Positions 44,101 to 52,366 of a stretch of 58,483 nucleotides of DNA are shown piece by piece. The position numbers and the translations under genes are program-made. Below the pieces are notes generated by a model. The model worked only from the letters and a program-made list of their open reading frames with translations, did no database searches and was not told the origin of the DNA. Position 1 is the first letter of the stretch. The number at the start of each line of letters is the position of its first letter. The stretch spans positions 1 to 58,483 of the forward strand of contig RFSG01000003.1 of the NCBI GenBank assembly GCA_009924095.1, written 5' to 3'. Origin of the DNA: Sphingobacteriia bacterium (lineage in GTDB: Bacteria; Bacteroidota; Bacteroidia; J057; RFSG01).

Positions 44101-44996
44101 ATGATTCCACTACAAACTTGATTCTGAAGGCCAGTCACCTGCCAAGTGCGGCTTGCGGTTGGGGTAAGGGATATTACAAACGGTGTAGAAGTAATACCTG
44201 TCTGGGTATAATTTTGAACCCCATCAGTGTAATTAAAATTCCAGGGACTAGCTCCCGAAAACTGAAAAGATACTTGTGTACTTTGACCTGAGCATAAATT
44301 CGCCCCTCCACTTACTATTACGGATGGAGAAGGTAAGATTACTATGGAATACTCTTCAAATTCCCCGGTCAATGCTTGACAAGAAATACATTGAAAACAT
44401 CCCGGGTCAATATCGGGATAAGGCACTCCATTAAAGGATGGAGCGGAGTCCACGCATACGAGGTTATAGGCATAACAGGCATCATTGGGTGGCATCTTCC
44501 CCGGAAATTGAGGTGTATTATATGTAAATGCGCTTAAAACCCTCATGGTAACTGTCCCCAATACTGCATTCACCGGAATGGTTACCTGACTTTGCGCAGC
44601 TATTGATCTATGGGTTACACTGGCTGAATCTCGTAATACCATTTCAGAAGTTTCATAACTTCCATTGCCATTAAAATCTATCCAGGCAATTGTCCCACTT
44701 CTATAAACATTAGTATCACCAGCCCATACAGTTAAAGGATAGGTAGCCCCTCTGCATACAGAGGTACTCAAATTAGTGTAATCTGAATATACAGAATCGG
44801 TAATAGCACTGGTATTACCTGAATAATTATTTAAGGTATGAAACTGAACTCTGGTAATGCTATCTCCGGCATTGTATAAAAATCCCCACTGGGTTAGACC
44901 AGTATAAAATATGGGACGGCATTGACCCAACAAATTGCTAATATTTATTAGAAACAGGATCAACCCAATACCTAACCAAAATTTTGATTTAAACAT
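41160..44996 (-). CDS. Large secreted repeat protein with a PKD domain and a T9SS type-A C-terminal sorting domain
   Basis: Has a signal peptide (MFKSKFWLGIGLILFLINISNLLGQ) and an N-terminal region with IAWIDFNGNGSYETSEMV (GEVED-like). It carries 10 copies of a ~85-aa module and PKD (LWDFGDGTSS). The C-terminal end reads YVYPNPITTESILNI...GSYQLKISDKSG. Confidence 0.9.
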   Translation of the reverse strand: MFKSKFWLGIGLILFLINISNLLGQCRPIFYTGLTQWGFLYNAGDSITRVQFHTLNNYSGNTSAITDSVYSDYTNLSTSVCRGATYPLTVWAGDTNVYRSGTIAWIDFNGNGSYETSEMVLRDSASVTHRSIAAQSQVTIPVNAVLGTVTMRVLSAFTYNTPQFPGKMPPNDACYAYNLVCVDSAPSFNGVPYPDIDPGCFQCISCQALTGEFEEYSIVILPSPSVIVSGGANLCSGQSTQVSFQFSGASPWNFNYTDGVQNYTQTGITSTPFVISLTPTASRTWQVTGLQNQVCSGIISGVAPVNVYAPTGVVLSGSQTICSGATQTLSFALTGASPWTLTWSDGTTPTTQSGITQSPYLVNVSPTVNTTYLPISLSGSCGSGGINGSANVQISNQLSALMTGPSEVCSGNGIILTFTISGASPYQLTWTDGSTQQTLTRLTQSPYYFSETPLSSRTYSWIQVSNACVPAGQLNGQVNLTVHSQPGVTFPGGAQYFCNQPTLAESFTLTGVSPWQVTYTDGTQSFNLTGITTTPFTYSQFITHSGPSDTLTYTPVQISDAHCTQIGGSGFIRFIQDFGPQAVLSGTQTVCAGQSASLSILGTSGYQPWDIEYDDGTVQTTITGITSLPYIFSVTPTAQTTYTVTSLIHSCPQAQVSGTPVVSQAGPSNATLTGPSTICTPNAGNLTIQLTGNSPWTINYSDGTSSLQVSGITSSPYLIGITPLSNTTYTLQNVAGTGCLQGSASGTVALQVNHPVQGAVSGRSDICPGDTVRLYTFLQGTTPWSFQWSDGVNTQSVTGLSQSPYIITLTPSTTRTYTFTGLQNQCGQGIWNGTQPRIIQVRTPLSGQLSGPSSLCFGQNAMLTLNISGGTPPWSFSYSDGSTGITQSNVTASPFTIPIQPSTALTYTLLNLQDNLCSGNAGSPIGIWVNSRPQAQWSGGQAICTGDSIIISAPLSGQGPWDLTWTDGTTQYSDTGINNTAWQWVTTPTNSTTYSLVSIQDALCENLLSQNYVATVNPIPTGQLLTAPNLPLCAGSLLQLSVITTGTPPYTVTYSDGISTQTFTGITASPGILTLAPQQSTTYSLLQVQDQYCSVNLNDTLWVPVVALPTLDFSYTPDLNSPWIINFATIPAGLSPILWDFGDGTSSTLNSVQHTYTPTGGGQPVPFVVTLTLTDYCGVFVKDTTILITPVGLESEALPQSQEYVYPNPITTESILNIKSRINVTQIEITDVLGRIVYHEDRDNPIDQVNLSSIPIGSYQLKISDKSGVARVFTFVIY
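41690..44330 (-). repeat. 10 in-frame copies of a ~85-aa module inside the second large gene
   Basis: The recurring signature is C.G......F.(L/F).G.(S/T)PW...(Y/W)(T/S)DG.......GI..SP(Y/F). I counted: GASPWNFNYTDG, GASPWTLTWSDG, GASPYQLTWTDG, GVSPWQVTYTDG, GYQPWDIEYDDG, GNSPWTINYSDG, GTTPWSFQWSDG, GGTPPWSFSYSDG, GQGPWDLTWTDG, GTPPYTVTYSDG. Confidence 0.85.
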
Positions 44997-45089
44997 ATTT
45001 TATTATTTAATAGAATCTGATATTAAAATTAAGTGATACCAAAAGAATATTAATGGACAATTTGATTCCCTCTGGGATAATCTGTGGTA

Positions 45090-46025
45090 TTAGAAATACA
45101 CTCGAGTGGCGCCATACCCATATTGTTTAGGATTCGCTTCTTCATACTTACTAACAACGGGATGTTCTTTTAGTTCTTTATGAATGCACTTTTTCAATTT
45201 CCCATTTCCTACCCCATGAATAAATATCATATCGGATACTCCTGCATGAATTGCAGATTCTAATTTTTTTCTGAATTCCTGGAGCTGGAAATCCATAATG
45301 ACCAATGGATCCTTTGATGGAAAATTTTTATCTAATTCCTGTATGTGAAGATCTATCTCTATTTTATTTTTATTCGCAAATAAAGGGTCTTTGGTTTTCT
45401 CTCCTTCTCCTTCCTTTGAAGTTTCCTTTCCATTGGGAACTAAACTTCGAGTAAACATCGAATATCCGGGCATAACATCTTCTCTTGTCTTTCCTTCCCA
45501 CCAGTTGGGCATAGGCTTCCATAATATTTGAAGCGGAGGAGATATGGCATTTACACCGGGTTCATCACAAATAGCTTGTAAAGCAAAAGAACCGGCTGGC
45601 CCTCGATAAGGAATCTTAATCTTCCCTAAATAAATTGCCTTTTTGTATTCCCAAATCCCTCCAGCTATTCGCTTCCATCCTTTTGTCTCTTCTTGGTAAC
45701 AAGTAACATACAAACGGTTTCCGGTATGATTGATAATATATTGGGAAGATTCGTCCTCTATCGCTGGGGTTCCGCCCCACCAACACCCGGAAACCCTTAT
45801 GGCAACTGGGTTTTCTACGACAGATGAACTTTTGGCTTTTTCAGATTCTTCTGTCCTAAAGGATAAGGCAACCAAATCCTTAACCAAAAATCTTTCTTCC
45901 ATAAATCCATCCACCAATACCGTGCAAGTGCCATCTCCATGCACCTCCGTAACCACTCCTTCTCCCTTATATTGCAGAAACCTTACCTTTTCTCCGGGTA
46001 AAAATGAATCTTTAAAGTCTGACAT
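45090..46025 (-). CDS. Smr (MutS2 C-terminal-like) domain protein
   Basis: The C-terminal ~80 aa are Smr-like (IEIDLHIQEL...MIFIHGVGNGKLKKCIHKELKEHPVVSKYEEANPKQYGYGATRVYF). I did not recognise the N-terminal region with confidence (possibly DUF2027). Confidence 0.7.
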   Translation of the reverse strand: MSDFKDSFLPGEKVRFLQYKGEGVVTEVHGDGTCTVLVDGFMEERFLVKDLVALSFRTEESEKAKSSSVVENPVAIRVSGCWWGGTPAIEDESSQYIINHTGNRLYVTCYQEETKGWKRIAGGIWEYKKAIYLGKIKIPYRGPAGSFALQAICDEPGVNAISPPLQILWKPMPNWWEGKTREDVMPGYSMFTRSLVPNGKETSKEGEGEKTKDPLFANKNKIEIDLHIQELDKNFPSKDPLVIMDFQLQEFRKKLESAIHAGVSDMIFIHGVGNGKLKKCIHKELKEHPVVSKYEEANPKQYGYGATRVYF

Positions 46026-46189
46026 AGGATAGTATACTTATTTATAAATTTAAAGATAATGTTTTGCTTTATGGGATTTCTTTATTTTTCCTTACTAAAT
46101 CCCCCCTTACTTGAAAAATAATGCGTGGATAACCTCTTGAGTTTTCAACGGAAAGTTTTTGATATTAAACTAACCTGTAATTTAACCCT

Positions 46190-49138
46190 ATGCAAAAACC
46201 TCCTTCCAAAAGATTATTGCTTTGGATTTGTATTTGGGCATTCGGAATATTGGCGCCAGGTTCCATTCCTCCAAAATCTAATCCTCAGGAAAGTTGGAAA
46301 TTCCCGGATAAATCTTTGAACTGGGCAAGGTCTGTATTAGATACGCTTACGATAGATGAAAAAATAGGGCAATTGTTTATGATTCCGGTTTACAGTAACC
46401 GGGACTCTGTTTATCTCACCCGTATTGTAAATCAACTCCTTACCCAAAAAGTAGGGGGGTTAATTTGCATGCAAGGAAGTCCACATGCCCAATTGAAATT
46501 AGTAAATCAACTACAAGGGATCAGTGATTTGCCTTTATTGATCGCCCAAGATGCAGAATGGGGCTTACAAATGAGACTTGATTCTGTAATTCGATTTCCC
46601 CATGCACTCACTTTAGGTGCAATTCAATCCGATAGCCTTATCTTTTTATTAGGCTTGGAAATAGCCAAACACTGCCGTGCATCTGGCGTGCAAGTAAATT
46701 TCAGTCCGGTTGCAGATATCAACAACAATCCTCAAAACCCTGTAATTAATGATCGTTCTTTTGGGGAATTGGAAGAAAGGGTCAGCACTCATTCTATTGC
46801 AATGATGAGAGGTTTACAAGCAGGTAAAGTGTTAGCCTGTGCTAAACACTTTCCAGGTCATGGGGATACAGATACCGATTCTCATCTCGATCTTCCCCTC
46901 ATCCCCTATTCCCAAAAAAGATTGGATAGCTTAGAACTCATTCCCTTTCGCAAATTATTTTCTGCTGGAGTGGGTGCTTGTATGGTAGGCCATCTTTATT
47001 TACCCTTATTAGATCCTACCCCACATCAAGCCTCTACCCTATCTCCCCTAATCGTGCAGGGTTTGCTAAAACAATCTTTGAATTTTCAAGGGTTAATCTT
47101 TACCGATGCCTTAAACATGAAAGGGGTATTCAAATATTATAAGGATGGAGATGCGGAAGTGCAAGCCCTGATTGCCGGGAATGATATCCTTCTATTTCCT
47201 GACCAATTGACCAAAGCACGTGAAAAAATACATTTAGCCATCCGAGAGGGAAAGTTATCCATCTCTCGAATTGATAGCAGTGTATTGAAGATATTGGCGA
47301 TGAAACATTTCTTAGGATTGGACACCCAACGTTGGTCCTCTCCCAGAATACAAGCCAATGCTCTATTAAATCCTCATACTATTCAACTGAAACAAAATTT
47401 ATTTGATCAAGCCATAACGTTGGTGAGAAACCGAAATCAAACCTTGCCTTTTTCGAAAATGCCCGACAAATTGCTAACTATCGAATTGCAATGTTCTGCA
47501 CCCGGAAAGTTCTCCTCCTATGTTTCAAGATATGGACCACTAACTTCCGCCTGTTTTCCATTTGAGCCCACCCCTGAAGAAATCATAACCCTCAAGGAAA
47601 AAGTAAGAGCCGCTGATCAGGTGGTTATTAGCGTTCAGGGCATGAGTTCAAAAGCCTCTAAATCTTATGGCATTTCCCCTTCCCTGCAAACGTTAATCTC
47701 TTCGCTTGAAGCCAGTCACCCTGCTGTTACTACTGTTTGGTTTGGAAACCCTTATGCCTTGAAATTTGAAGGAAGTGCTGCTGCAGTGTTAGTAGCATAT
47801 GAGGAAGACACTGTTGCCATGCAATCTGTGGCGGATATTATTTGGGGTGCTATCCCTGCCATAGGCGCACTCCCTGTTTCTGCTGGTATCTTTCCTGCAA
47901 AAACAAGTATTTTAACCCAGCCAATTAGGCCACGATTATATTCTTCGTTACTAAATCCCTCCTTTGAGCAAGCCCTTGATAGTATTGTGTATCCTGCCTT
48001 GTATGCGCATACCTTTCCCGGATGTGCAATTCTAGTCGCTCACAAAAACAATCTTCTATTGGCCAAAGGTTATGGGCAATTTACCTACGAACCCTCTAGT
48101 ACTTCCGTAAATCCATGGACTACCCAATATGACCTAGCTTCTTTAACTAAAGTTTGTGCAACTACTTTGGCTTGTATGCATTTGGTGCAAAACAGAAAAC
48201 TAGCTTTGGATAGCCCTATGACCGCCTACCTTCCAGAGTTACGGAAAACCAAAAATGGAACAATTACCCTCAGGAATTTATTACAACATACCAGCGGATT
48301 ACCCGCTTCCCTTCCCTTATCCTTAAGAACCCTAACTCCTACTCAAAATTGGAAACCCGAAATTTATCAATCCGATTCCTCTTCTTCCTTTCCGTTACAA
48401 ATTGCACCCAACATGTATCAGGTGAATGGGTATGTGGACTCAGTGTTTAACGCCACTTTAATGGCTCCTCGATCCACGCCCAATACTTATGTGTATAGTG
48501 ATTTAAATATGATATGTCTGCAAAGGATTATCGAACGAGTCACGCATCAATCCTTGGCTGAATATTGTGAGCATAATTTTTACCAGCCATTAGGAATGCA
48601 CACCACTGGATTTTGTCCAGGAAAAAAGGGGTTGGCACAAAATTGCCCTCCAACAGAAATGGATCAATCCTGGAGAAAACAAGTAATTCAAGGTTATGTG
48701 CATGACCCAATGGCAGCCATGTTAGGAGGTATTTCTGGAAATGCAGGATTATTTAGCAGTGTTACAGATTTAGGAAAACTGTTTCAAATGCTAATGCGAA
48801 ATGGAATCGTTGGGAAGGATACTTTTTTATCTCCCGCAATTATTCAAGAGTTTACCCGAACCCAACCGGGGAGTTATCGTGGATTAGGATGGGATAAACC
48901 GAGTCCGAATAGTATTGCCGCTACTGCTTGTAGCCCTTCCACATTTGGACATACCGGCTTTACAGGTACCTGCGTTTGGGCTGATCCGGAAAACGATTTA
49001 CTCTTCATTTTTTTATCCAATCGAACCTACCCTTCCGCTGAAAATCGGAAGTTAATTCAGGATAAAATTCGCACCAGAATCCATCAACTCATTTATTCCG
49101 AATTAAAACTGAATGCTACTGCCTCAATTCCCGAATAA
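46190..49138 (+). CDS. Fusion protein: GH3 beta-N-acetylhexosaminidase (NagZ-like) domain + class-C beta-lactamase/serine-hydrolase fold domain
   Basis: The N-terminal half has the GH3 motifs IDEKIGQLFM and KHFPGHGDTDTDSHLDLP. The C-terminal half has the serine-hydrolase SxxK (LASLTKV), a YSD(L) motif (YVYSDLN) and HTGFTG. An N-terminal signal-like segment is present. Confidence 0.9.
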   Translation: MQKPPSKRLLLWICIWAFGILAPGSIPPKSNPQESWKFPDKSLNWARSVLDTLTIDEKIGQLFMIPVYSNRDSVYLTRIVNQLLTQKVGGLICMQGSPHAQLKLVNQLQGISDLPLLIAQDAEWGLQMRLDSVIRFPHALTLGAIQSDSLIFLLGLEIAKHCRASGVQVNFSPVADINNNPQNPVINDRSFGELEERVSTHSIAMMRGLQAGKVLACAKHFPGHGDTDTDSHLDLPLIPYSQKRLDSLELIPFRKLFSAGVGACMVGHLYLPLLDPTPHQASTLSPLIVQGLLKQSLNFQGLIFTDALNMKGVFKYYKDGDAEVQALIAGNDILLFPDQLTKAREKIHLAIREGKLSISRIDSSVLKILAMKHFLGLDTQRWSSPRIQANALLNPHTIQLKQNLFDQAITLVRNRNQTLPFSKMPDKLLTIELQCSAPGKFSSYVSRYGPLTSACFPFEPTPEEIITLKEKVRAADQVVISVQGMSSKASKSYGISPSLQTLISSLEASHPAVTTVWFGNPYALKFEGSAAAVLVAYEEDTVAMQSVADIIWGAIPAIGALPVSAGIFPAKTSILTQPIRPRLYSSLLNPSFEQALDSIVYPALYAHTFPGCAILVAHKNNLLLAKGYGQFTYEPSSTSVNPWTTQYDLASLTKVCATTLACMHLVQNRKLALDSPMTAYLPELRKTKNGTITLRNLLQHTSGLPASLPLSLRTLTPTQNWKPEIYQSDSSSSFPLQIAPNMYQVNGYVDSVFNATLMAPRSTPNTYVYSDLNMICLQRIIERVTHQSLAEYCEHNFYQPLGMHTTGFCPGKKGLAQNCPPTEMDQSWRKQVIQGYVHDPMAAMLGGISGNAGLFSSVTDLGKLFQMLMRNGIVGKDTFLSPAIIQEFTRTQPGSYRGLGWDKPSPNSIAATACSPSTFGHTGFTGTCVWADPENDLLFIFLSNRTYPSAENRKLIQDKIRTRIHQLIYSELKLNATASIPE

Positions 49139-49182
49139 TGAATTATTTGTAAGTTTACATCTCTTAGCTCTTGTCGGAATCC

Positions 49183-49725
49183 ATGGACCTGCATAAATAT
49201 TTTCTCGGTATGGAAACCGAGAATATCCTCCTCCTATATAAAGGGCAGGTTTCTAATGAACTCCTTCGTTCCCTGCTGAAAACAACCGAACAAAAGTTGG
49301 AACAGATGGGAGAAAAAGTAGTCATCCGAAAAAAAATCTTTAACGTGATGGTGGAATCCATTCAGAATTTAATTAAACACGTTGAAGAACACGAACTTAA
49401 TGCAAATTCAAATAATGCCATTTTAGCCATTTGCCATTCCCCAGGATATTATCTGGTAGCTACTGGAAATTTTATTCCTACACAGGACGCTCAAGACCTA
49501 AGCAATAAATTAGACCGCATTAACGGGATGAATCGAGATGAATTACGCGAATATTATCAATCGGTTCTTGAAAATGAATCTCTATCTGCCAAGGGAGGAG
49601 CAGGTTTAGGATTAATTGATATCGCCCGTAAATCAGGCGAAAAAGTAAACTACAGTCTAAAACCCATCAACGATACTTTGTCCTTTTTTACCCTAACCAT
49701 TAAAGTTAATTCCCATCGAGATTAA
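49183..49725 (+). CDS. SiaB-like GHKL-fold serine/threonine kinase (anti-sigma-factor-kinase-like)
   Basis: N-box-like ESIQNLIKH and G-box GGAGLGLIDIARKSG in a ~180-aa protein, immediately upstream of a DUF1987 gene. The start is set at ATG 49183; a TTG alternative lies at 49171. Confidence 0.7.
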   Translation: MDLHKYFLGMETENILLLYKGQVSNELLRSLLKTTEQKLEQMGEKVVIRKKIFNVMVESIQNLIKHVEEHELNANSNNAILAICHSPGYYLVATGNFIPTQDAQDLSNKLDRINGMNRDELREYYQSVLENESLSAKGGAGLGLIDIARKSGEKVNYSLKPINDTLSFFTLTIKVNSHRD

Positions 49726-49730
49726 ATATT

Positions 49731-50114
49731 ATGGAAAAGTTTTACCTAACTGGCACCGATATTTCGCCGGAAATTTCTTTAGAACAAAATGGAAACCTTA
49801 TCCTTAAAGGAACTTCTATTCCCGAAAATTCTGAAGAAGTATACAGACCTGTTTTAGCTTGGTTACGAAATTATGCCTCCCATCCATCCCCAATTACTAC
49901 GCTTGAAGTACAGTTAGATTATTTTAATACCAGTTCCTCTAAATTCTTACTCGAAATATTGAGAATTATTAAACAAATTCAGGATTCCAATAAAACCGTT
50001 TCAATTAAATGGTATTATTATTCAGATGATCCGGATATGATGGAATCCGGGCAAGATTTTATGGACATTCTGGAATTAAACATGGAAATGATTGCCATTC
50101 CGGAAGATAACTGA
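49731..50114 (+). CDS. SiaC-like DUF1987 regulatory phosphoprotein
   Basis: A 127-aa protein with G.SIPENSEEVYRPVLAWL and LDYFNTSSSKFLLEIL fits the DUF1987/SiaC pattern as I recall it. There is a 5-nt gap after the kinase gene. Confidence 0.75.
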   Translation: MEKFYLTGTDISPEISLEQNGNLILKGTSIPENSEEVYRPVLAWLRNYASHPSPITTLEVQLDYFNTSSSKFLLEILRIIKQIQDSNKTVSIKWYYYSDDPDMMESGQDFMDILELNMEMIAIPEDN

Positions 50115-50128
50115 TTACTATTTTGAAA

Positions 50129-52330
50129 ATGAAACCTAACCGGAAAAAATCACCCTCTGGTTCCCAATTCTTAGTTAATTACCGCCCCTATCTGATTTTA
50201 CTTGGCATAACTTTATTGGTGTATGCCGCTGCTTTAAATAATGAATTTACCAATTGGGATGATCAAGGTTATGTTTATGAAAATCCCTTGGTTACAGGTT
50301 TTACCTGGAGTAAAATTCCCGAAATATTTTCTACCCTAAATATTGCAGGAAATTATCACCCGCTCACCATTTTATCGCTCGGAATTAATCACCTTTTCGG
50401 AGGATTAAATCCCTGGAGTTATATTCTTACTAATTTATTACTACATGCTCTTTGTGCTAGTTTTATTTTTCATTTAACGACTCGATTATTTTCCATTGAA
50501 GCCGCTTGGCCTGCTGCAATATTATTTGTTGTACATCCTTTACACGTTGAATCGGTAGCATGGGTATCAGAACGCAAAGATGTACTCTATACCACTTTTT
50601 GGCTCGCAGCCTGGATTAAATGGCTCGACTATCGTAAATCTGCTTCCTATTTAGATTTAATTATATCCCTCGCATTATTTGTATTGTCAAACTTATCGAA
50701 AGGAATGGCAATCACTTTAACAGGCGTAATTTTATTAACGGATTATTTTAAAGAAGGTGTAAATTCTATTTTAAATCGAAAATATTTAATTTCAATTCTA
50801 CCTTTTATTTTAATTTCGATTCTATTCGGATATATTGCGATTAAAGCCCAGGCAGCTCAGGGTACCATAATTGAAAAATCGGGATATTCTATTCCAGAAA
50901 ATATTATTCTGGTAATTTATGGATTTCAATTTTATTTAACCCGATTTATCGCACCTTGGGGTTTATGTGCATTTTATCCCTACCCTTTTAAACCTGGAGA
51001 AATAATTCCTGTTTTTGTTTGGGCCTCATTAGGCGGAACACTAGTCATCATTAGTGCTGTGGCATTTTTACGCAAACATTTAAACGGCTGGATTACTTGG
51101 GCATTTTTATTTTATGCCGGATGTATTTCAATTGTAGTTCAAATATTACCGGTAGGTTCAGCCCTTACTGCAGATAGATATTTTTATGTTTCCTCAATTG
51201 GATGGTGTATTGGACTTGGGTATGCATTTACACATCTACAAAAATCAATTCAGCCTTATGTGTTAGGAATTATCGGAAGTATACTGGCAATTCTAACTTT
51301 TCGCCAAGCAGATACTTGGTCAAGTAGCATTGAGTTATTCGAAAATGTAATTGCCTGTGAACCTACCGCAGCCGTTGCTTATAATAATATCGGAACTATA
51401 TTAGGAATTGAGAAAAAAGATAGAACTGCATTAAGCTATTATCAAAAAGCCATTTATTATAACCCTAAATATTCTGAAGCCTGGAATAATATGGGGATAT
51501 TATATAAAGATTTAGGAAATTCTGATTCTGCAATTATTTGTGCAGAAAAAGCATTAGAAATTTATTCCGGATATGTAAATGCATATAGTAATTTGGGAAA
51601 TATTTATTTCTCCCAAAAAAAATACGATGAAGCCGCTACTCAATTTTATCAGGTAATTCAAAAAAGCCCGAAAGATCCATCCGGTTATTTAAACTTCGGC
51701 GCAGCTATGCAAATGAAGGGAGATTATGTAGGAGCAGAAAAAGCGTATTTAGAAGTAATTAAACTTTTACCCAATGATATCAGACCGTTGCATAATTTGG
51801 GGGATGTAAAATTTAGTCAGAAAGAGTATGCTGCTGCTATTCAGTATTATCAAAGAATATTACAATTAATTCCCGGAGATGCAGATGCTTTACAAAAAAT
51901 TAAAACCGCTCAAGATACCCGGGACGGAAAAATTAAAGATGCACTCACTACTTATTTAGAGCAGATTTCCCAAAATCCTGAAAATGCGGATGCGTATTTA
52001 AATGCTGGTACTGAATATTTTCGTCAGGGTAAATATCCGGATGCTATTCAATATTTCGAAAAATCGCTTGCTTTAAATCCTAATAAACCCGAAGCCTGGA
52101 ATAATTTAGGCACCGCTTATGCAGTTTCAGGCAAAGGACCTAAAGCCAAAAATGCATTTGAAAAATCGGCAAGTCTAAGATCTGATTATAGCGAACCTCA
52201 ATATAATTTGGGTTTATATTGGAGCCAACAAAACAATCAAAATAAAGCACTGGAACATTATCAAAAGGCAGCTAGATTAGGCCATGAAGGTGCACAACAA
52301 TTATTAAAACAAAATGGGTTTTCCTGGTAA
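50129..52330 (+). CDS. TMTC-like GT-C-fold membrane protein (DUF1736-type core) with about eight C-terminal TPRs
   Basis: First-loop acidic motif FTNWDDQGYVYENP, then GNYHPLT, then HPLHVESVAWVSERKDVLYT. About 10 hydrophobic helices are followed by TPRs (AYNNIG, AWNNMG, AYSNLG, GYLNFG, LHNLGD, AYLNAG, AWNNLG, PQYNLG). Confidence 0.8.
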   Translation: MKPNRKKSPSGSQFLVNYRPYLILLGITLLVYAAALNNEFTNWDDQGYVYENPLVTGFTWSKIPEIFSTLNIAGNYHPLTILSLGINHLFGGLNPWSYILTNLLLHALCASFIFHLTTRLFSIEAAWPAAILFVVHPLHVESVAWVSERKDVLYTTFWLAAWIKWLDYRKSASYLDLIISLALFVLSNLSKGMAITLTGVILLTDYFKEGVNSILNRKYLISILPFILISILFGYIAIKAQAAQGTIIEKSGYSIPENIILVIYGFQFYLTRFIAPWGLCAFYPYPFKPGEIIPVFVWASLGGTLVIISAVAFLRKHLNGWITWAFLFYAGCISIVVQILPVGSALTADRYFYVSSIGWCIGLGYAFTHLQKSIQPYVLGIIGSILAILTFRQADTWSSSIELFENVIACEPTAAVAYNNIGTILGIEKKDRTALSYYQKAIYYNPKYSEAWNNMGILYKDLGNSDSAIICAEKALEIYSGYVNAYSNLGNIYFSQKKYDEAATQFYQVIQKSPKDPSGYLNFGAAMQMKGDYVGAEKAYLEVIKLLPNDIRPLHNLGDVKFSQKEYAAAIQYYQRILQLIPGDADALQKIKTAQDTRDGKIKDALTTYLEQISQNPENADAYLNAGTEYFRQGKYPDAIQYFEKSLALNPNKPEAWNNLGTAYAVSGKGPKAKNAFEKSASLRSDYSEPQYNLGLYWSQQNNQNKALEHYQKAARLGHEGAQQLLKQNGFSW

Positions 52331-52366
52331 TTAATTATAATTATCAATATAATAAGATATTCTCCC

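Noticed and set aside
46125-46319. Considered the 64-aa ORF overlapping the start of the GH3/beta-lactamase gene
   Set aside because: It is in a different frame, overlaps the signal-peptide region of a 982-aa gene with strong motifs, and has no recognisable features.
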